The position numbers were made by a program, and so were the translations under genes. The notes under the pieces were generated by a model. It searched no databases, had not been told where the DNA came from, and saw nothing but the letters and a program-made list of their open reading frames with translations. A stretch of DNA of 44,329 bases from a bacterium (GTDB taxonomy: Bacteria; Hinthialibacterota; Hinthialibacteria; Hinthialibacterales; Hinthialibacteraceae). Location: assembly GCA_963663405.2 (NCBI GenBank), contig CAXXSM010000162.1:1-44329 (forward strand), in the 5' to 3' direction. Shown here one piece after another: positions 38,252-44,329 of this stretch (position 1 is the first letter of the stretch; each line of letters opens with the position of its first letter).

Positions 38252-41204
38252 TCAATCGCCCACAAGCTTCCCCACATGGTCATGGCCGGCCACATAACAG
38301 TTGGATGTGCAGTTCTCTAAATCATATCCTCCCCCACTAATGCCACCGACATAGTCGTGCCCAACAACAGAGCCGCCGGTGTGGGAATCTGTAACAAAAT
38401 AATGATACACAGATCCACGATCATAACCACCACGTGCGTTCTCTCCACAGAGACCTCCAACATAATCATAGCCAATGACAGTCGTATCGACATTACATTG
38501 AGTAATCATACCGTTATTGATCCCACAAATTGTCCCGACGTAGTCACCCAACCCATAAACGCAAGCTTGTTTGATGACAAGGTTCTCCACTTCCCCAGAT
38601 AAAACACCGAAAACACCCAGCCTATCAACACCTTCAATGGAAAGATGACTAAGCACATGCCCTTGGCCATCCAAGGTGCCACTGAAGCTTTCCACCAGAG
38701 GCCCGTACCAAGAGATCCCCTCTAAATCGATATCAGCAGCCAAAACATAACACGCCTCTGGCTGTTGCCACATGGCGCCCAAGTCGGTGACGTCCTCGAT
38801 CTGGTAGGGATTGTCCTCAGTACCCGCACCGACAAAGGGATATGGAGTGAAATTGGGATCGATCTGAACGGGAATGGGGAGTTGCGCCTCAACCATCACC
38901 CATCGATCGCGGGTTCCGCTGGCCGAGTCACCGACCAAATCCCAACCTGCATTGAGGTAGGTCTGTACCTCCAACATCTGATTCGTCATACAGGGTCGCA
39001 AATACCAGCCCTGACCAGGTTCCACTTCGTCATAGATGCATCCAGTCACCTGGCCACTGGAAAGTACATCCCAAAGGCAATTTTCCAGACAAGACGCCTC
39101 TCCGACCTGATATCCACAAAGTCCTGCGACCTTGTCGTCATCCCACCCGTTATCATAATCTCCAGCCACCTTACCTACGAAATAGCAATGCGACACACGT
39201 GAATCGACATTAACATCTTCTCTCCCATTCATTCCACACAGACCGCCCACATAATCACCACCATTGACATCCACAATGGCACCGCAATAGCTGATCGAGC
39301 CTGTTGTGACACCGCACAGCCCCCCAACATACTCCGACCAATAAGATCTGAATTCATCACCATCCCACTCCCTTCCCCAAACCTTTCCACTGACCATACA
39401 GGTCTCAATCTCCCCACTGTTGGAACCGCAGAGACCACCTATCCATCGATACGTGGCTCCAATCGTCGCCTCTACCTGACAATCGGTTATCAAACCTCCA
39501 TCGTTATGGCCACAAATTCCTCCAACCATTTCCTCTCCTATGAAGGTTCCCACAACACAACACCCCTGAATGGTCCCCTCACTATAGCCGCACAAACCGC
39601 CGACATACGATCCCCCTTCAATTGTACTATTGACAACAGACAAATTCAGTATCACCCCGTCTTCGTCCAAAGCCCCCATCAAACCAAGGTAATTGGCATC
39701 AGAGATAATGATCAAGTTATGGATACATGTGTTATTTCCATTGAATGTCACGCTAGAGGATCCGCGACGAGATCTCCCGCGTGTAGCACTCGTATCTGAG
39801 GAGATCAAGCTCTTTACATACCAGGCATCCGCCGGGCAATAGAGGTCATTGCTCATGATATAGCAAGCAGATAGATCCAAATTCACGGCCTCCAAGTCCT
39901 CGATACAGGCCAAGGGCCAGGGAGATTCTTCCGTGCCGTTGGCGTCACAGCCCTGTGACACATAAAGATCCAGGGCAGTCCCTGCAGTCACCAAACCATG
40001 GACACAGGCCGATACTGCCGCCACCTCATTGACCTCGACCGTCAGGCTGGCCACCGTCACAATATCACGAACAGTCAGACCAGAATCATTCAAGGCGGCT
40101 TGAGCCGAAGTAACACTAAGACCTTGCACATGCGGCACCCGGGCCAGGCCCACCGGGACGTCTCCAGCCGCACCATTAAGTCGGGGATAATCCCCCTCGG
40201 CCATCACCCAGAGACCAGAACCGTCACCTAAAGAACCAAACACCCAACCGGCCTCGGTATAGGTCTCCAAAGTCTTCATTTCTGCCGTGGTCATTCCCAC
40301 ACCTCCAGGCTCTCTAGAATCATACGGCTCAATACCCGTGGTATTGACATCCCAGAAGCAATGAATCGTCGTATAACTCCTGTCATCTCCACAGAGACCA
40401 TTGTCGATGTGATCATCGCTGTGCAATCGCCCCGTAGTATAGCACTGCTCCAGAATTCCATCATCACAGCCACCACAGAGTCCGCCTACTGTCCCCCAAT
40501 ACTCATTGTCCTCTTCGTTGTAGAACCCGGACACCGGACCGGTAGCATAGGCATAGCGAATCTCTCCCTCATTCATTTGACCACATAGCCCCCCTCCAAC
40601 AAAATCAGTCCCTTGCCAATTGCCCCAGGCCACTACACAGGCCGTTGAAAAGCAACATTGAATCTTCCCTCCCTCCAAAATACCACAGAGCCCACCGACA
40701 TTCTCCCCTCCCCCAACGGTTCCAGTCACGGAACAGCCTCGAATCGTTCCTTGATTGATAGCACATAACCCACCAATCGTATCCATCCCGCGAATAAAAC
40801 AGTCCCGGATCGACAAATTGAACAAGGATCCTTTTTCAATAACCCTGCCTACCAAGGCCAGACCATTGGCCTCAGATACACTGTATAAGTTACTGATGCA
40901 GTGCCCCTTACCATTAAATGTCCCGGCAAAGGAACTCAGACCAAAAACAGCCTCGGTATAAACCTGCCGTCCGGGCAGATTGGGATCCAGGTCCAGGTCG
41001 GTCATCAGGCAGGTTACCACGCCCCTCGCTCCAGTAGTTGGGATCCCCGCAAAAGACCTGAAAATCATTGAAGTCCTCGATGAGATAGGGATTGTTGGGC
41101 TCACCGGTCCCACCTCCCAAATCGCCGTTGGCGGCCCAGGCCCAGGTAGCGTTCCAGACTAAAAGGATTATCCACCACTTACTCGCTTGCATTTCCCGCT
41201 TCAT
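38252..41204 (-). CDS. Secreted GLUG-motif beta-helix protein with an internal PASTA domain, 1-nt frameshift at 41022-41025
   Basis: Signal peptide in ORF 40914..41240 (MKREMQ...AWA) joins 38252..41113 if one G is removed. GGTGEPNNPYLI, FAGTFNGKGHCISNL, many VGGLCG motifs, PASTA-like VPHVQGLSVTSAQAALNDSGL...LYVSQG. Confidence 0.85.
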
Positions 41205-41260
41205 GATCTTCTCCCTTCTGAAAAAGATTAAATCATTCAATCGCTAATAGTCCCCATTGT

Positions 41261-43120
41261 TCAACGTCCGGCACTATAGGCCCCCAGGGTCTGTCCGACA
41301 TCTTCACGCCCGGCAACCGTACATTTAGAGTTGCAGTCCGTACAAATGCTCCGACTCATCCCACAGATCCCGCCAACGCGATCACGGCCCACCACGGCCC
41401 CGGAGGTCTCCAATTCAATCAAACTCCCAGTGCTGGCGTTGTAACCACAGAGACCACCGATATAGTCCTGCCGATCACCGAGGTATGTGCAACACATTGA
41501 GAAAGGGTGCCCTCGTTATTCCACAGAGAGTCCCGATGTAATCGCCTTGGCCGGAGATGGAGGCCTGTTCGATAACGATGTCCGTAACTCGTCCCCCTCC
41601 TCAATACGACTGAAGAGTCCGAGCTTGCTGTAACCCTCTATGAGCAAGTGACTCAATGTATACCCCTGACCATCCAAGCGTCCACCAAAGGACTCAACTA
41701 GGGGACTGTACCAGACAATGTCTTGCAGATCGATGTCACCAGCAAGGGCATAGCAGGCCTCCGGCTGTTGCCACATGGCCCCCAAATCATTGCATCGAAA
41801 ATTCGGTAGGGATCAGCCTCGGTACCAGCACCTTGGTAAGCATGCGGGGTGAAATTGGGATCGAGTTGCACAGGAAGCGGTGTCTGCCCTTCGGTCATCA
41901 CCCAACGATCACAGGTACCATGGGCTGATTCACCTACCAGATCCCAACCGGCATCCAGATAGGTGCGGGACATGAGCATTTGAACCGAGGTTCGCCCCGA
42001 AGGTTCCAGAGTTGTACCTCATCGGAATCATCCACTACCACGGCCTCGACCTGACCGCTGGTGGTTACGTCCCAAAGGCAATCGGTTATCCTAGCCCCAT
42101 CGCCATCCACATATCCGCATATCCCACCCACATAATCACCGCTGCCAACAACCCGGCCCCGGGTATAACAATGGGAAATGGGTGAATCGTCATCATGCCC
42201 CCCTGCATAACTTCCACAAACCCCGCCGACATAATCCCCTCCATTGACATCGACGACCGCACCGCAATAGCTTATGTGTCCCCCGTTGGAACCGCAGAGC
42301 CCACCGAATAGTAAGAGGGTGATGCCGCTGGTTCGTCATCGCCCCAGGAGACACTGACCACCTCTCCTTTCACCCAACAGGCCTCGATTCGGCCGCTATT
42401 AAAGCCACATAATCCACCAGCATTAATGGGGGAACAAACCAGGACATGGGCCTGACAGCCTCTCAGAGTCCCTTCATGATTATATCCACATATTCCTCCG
42501 GCGACGTCCTCAGAGGCATAGGCACGAATATCGACCTCGCAATCGACCAGGATTCCTCCCTGGTTGTCGCTACAAATTCCACCTATCGTCCACTTTCCCT
42601 TGACGGTCCCAGCCACGCGGCATCCTTGGATCCGCCCCTTATTGATACTGCATAAACCGCCGACATCTTCATCCCATCTACCCGGATCCCTTGCAAAGAG
42701 AGAGCTGAAATTGTGGCGTTGCAGTCGATAACACCCACCAGACCGGGTGGTCATCCGACTCCGATATAAAGGTAAAATTTCGAATTTCATGACCATTGCC
42801 CTGGAAGGTCCCGGCAAAGGGTGCACCGATCTGATCGTATCTCAAATACTTGATCCTCCCAAAGGGCGCCTCATTATAAACCTGCCGTCCAGGTAGATTT
42901 GGATCCAAATCCAGGTCGGTCATCAGAAAGGTGACCAGGCCTTCAGCCCAATAGTTGGGATCTGCACAAAAGACCCCAAAGTCATTGAAGTCCTCGATAA
43001 GATAAGGATTGTTGGGATCACCCGTTCCTCCGCCCAAAACGCCGTTAGCCGCCAGGTCAAGGTGGCGTTCCAGATCAAAAGAACGATCCAGTAGGTGTTT
43101 GCTTTCATTCTCCGGTTCAT
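41261..43120 (-). pseudogene. Second GLUG-motif paralog broken by multiple frameshifts (probably sequencing error rather than true decay)
   Basis: Fragments 42923..43120, 42678..43037, 42272..42826, 41934..42131, 41698..41979, 41516..41785 and 41261..41497 align in order to the neighbouring gene (NNPYLIEDFNDF, MTDLDLDPNLPGRQVY, GAMWQQPEACY). Confidence 0.8.
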
Positions 43121-43540
43121 ACGTATTCTCCTGTTATAAAACCAATGATGACTAGCGTTTAGACCTCGTCCGCAGGACGAAACTCTAACGTCATTTAGAT
43201 GTAAATCCGCTAATCAGCCCAAAAGGCCGTTCATTGGGGAGGCAGTGCCGGTATGAAAGAAGCTCAAAGATATGATAACACCACTGGGTTATGAAATTTT
43301 GGCTTGCCTTCTCCACTTTTCAATTGTCTACCACCAACATAGCACCAGCTTGATCCCATATCCAGTGTTTTTAGGGTTCACCTGCAAAAATCTCATCACA
43401 TCCTAAACTTAAGGAGGATCCAAGCCCTTTTATTCCATAAAAGGTGTGAGGGGAGGGAGATATCGAAGCATCCAAAGAAAAAATCGGCCCCTTGTGTTCC
43501 CTCCGCATCCCGTATAATGGGGCAATCTTTAATATTTTAA

Positions 43541-43643
43541 AGGGTTCACAGTTCACGGTTCACGGTTACAGGGTTGATTGATTGGGCCTTAACTATGGGC
43601 TTCTCCTTTGGTTACTAACCGTGAACGTTGAACCTTGAACCCT
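43541..43643 (+). repeat. Inverted heptamer-repeat element, copy B (glyQS copy 2 leader)
   Basis: AGGGTTC ACAGTTC ACGGTTC ACGGTTA-N47-TAACCGT GAACGTT GAACCTT GAACCCT, between TATAAT (43513-43518) and the GGAG RBS. Confidence 0.85.
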
Positions 43644-43664
43644 AATTCTACGGAGAACTCGGAT

Positions 43665-44329
43665 ATGGCAAAACTGGCAAAACTTGACGATATCGTCTCG
43701 CTCTGTAAGCGACGCGGGTTTATCTTTCAGTCCAGCGAGATCTACGGCGGGCTGGCCGCCTGCTACGACTACGGTCCCCTGGGCGTGGAACTCAAGAACA
43801 ACGTCAAACGCGAGTGGTGGAAGCACGTGGTCAACATGCGGGACGACGTCGTGGGCCTGGATTGCAGTATCCTGATGCACCCCATGATCTGGAAGTCCTC
43901 GGGCCATGCGGACAAATTCGCCGACCTGATCTGCGAGTGCAAGAAGTGTAACACCCGTACCCGCGTGGATCACCTTCTCAACGAGGACGGCGGCACCGAG
44001 GGCGAACTGACCGACAAGGTCTGCCCCGGTTGCAGCACCAAGGGACAGTTCACCGAGCCCATGCCCTTCAAGCTCATGTTCGAAACCCAGATGGGGGCCA
44101 ATGCCGAGGACTCCATGACCCTGTACCTGCGTCCCGAGACGGCCCAGGGCATCTTTGCCAACTTCCGCAACGTGCTGGACTCGACCCGCGTGAAGTGCCG
44201 TTCGCATCGCCCAGATCGGCAAGAGCTTCCGCAACGAGGTCACCACCAAGGCCTTTATCTTCCGCACGCGTGAGTTCGAGCAGGCCGAGGTCGAGTTCTT
44301 CTGCGAGCCGGGCACGGACGAAGAGTGGT
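43665..44329 (+). CDS. glyQS: Glycine--tRNA ligase, alpha2 type, copy 2 (3'-partial, two apparent 1-nt deletions near 44196-44206)
   Basis: [39 protein letters not shown]. After restoring two G the frame continues [32 protein letters not shown]. Confidence 0.95.

Noticed and set aside
28926-43120. Paralogous blocks considered as DGR template/variable repeats
   Set aside because: Differences are not restricted to adenines and no reverse transcriptase is present.
43143-43195. Hammerhead-like GTCCGCAGGACGAAAC on the plus strand
   Set aside because: No CUGANGA core directly before the stem (ATGATGA is about 17 nt away and breaks the C3-G8 pair), and no stem I/III with an NUH site.
35326-43643. 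Heptamer arrays considered as CRISPR repeats
   Set aside because: Units are 7 nt, contiguous and inverted, with no spacer-repeat periodicity and no cas genes.
43593-44315. 240-aa minus-strand ORF
   Set aside because: Antisense shadow of GC3-rich glyQS with no recognisable motifs.
41261-44329. Alternative genetic code or stop-codon readthrough as the cause of fragmented ORFs
   Set aside because: The breaks are frame changes, not in-frame stops, and the other genes end normally at TAA, TAG or TGA.

Overview
Bacterial DNA that appears to be two unrelated segments joined at about 27,910, where two converging genes are both cut off mid-domain. Segment 1 (1 to ~27,910) is mostly housekeeping and envelope genes: ptsI, DUF167, a beta-helix lipoprotein, SRAP, a Trx-NHL protein, an SGNH-fold protein, aroC, an ECF sigma/anti-sigma/DUF4097 operon with a clear autoregulatory promoter, PilZ, glyQS, a CE15-like esterase, a pilin-like protein, lysS and a GT-C glycosyltransferase. 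It also carries an AT-richer, translationally coupled Schlafen/AlbA_2 + ParA-like ATPase cassette directly in front of aroC, the best candidate here for an uncharacterised defence/conflict system. Segment 2 (~27,910 to end) has large secreted repeat proteins (TSP3, InlB B-like, beta-helix, GLUG/PASTA) in a style reminiscent of Phycisphaerae, plus ridA, an M28 peptidase, a THUMP methyltransferase and a second, divergent glyQS. Two copies of an oriented inverted heptamer-repeat element sit just before the RBS of ridA and glyQS. Single-base indels, mostly in short runs and increasing toward the 3' end, suggest long-read errors. I found no rRNA, tRNA, CRISPR array, transposase or integrase. All family calls come from motif recognition, not database searches.
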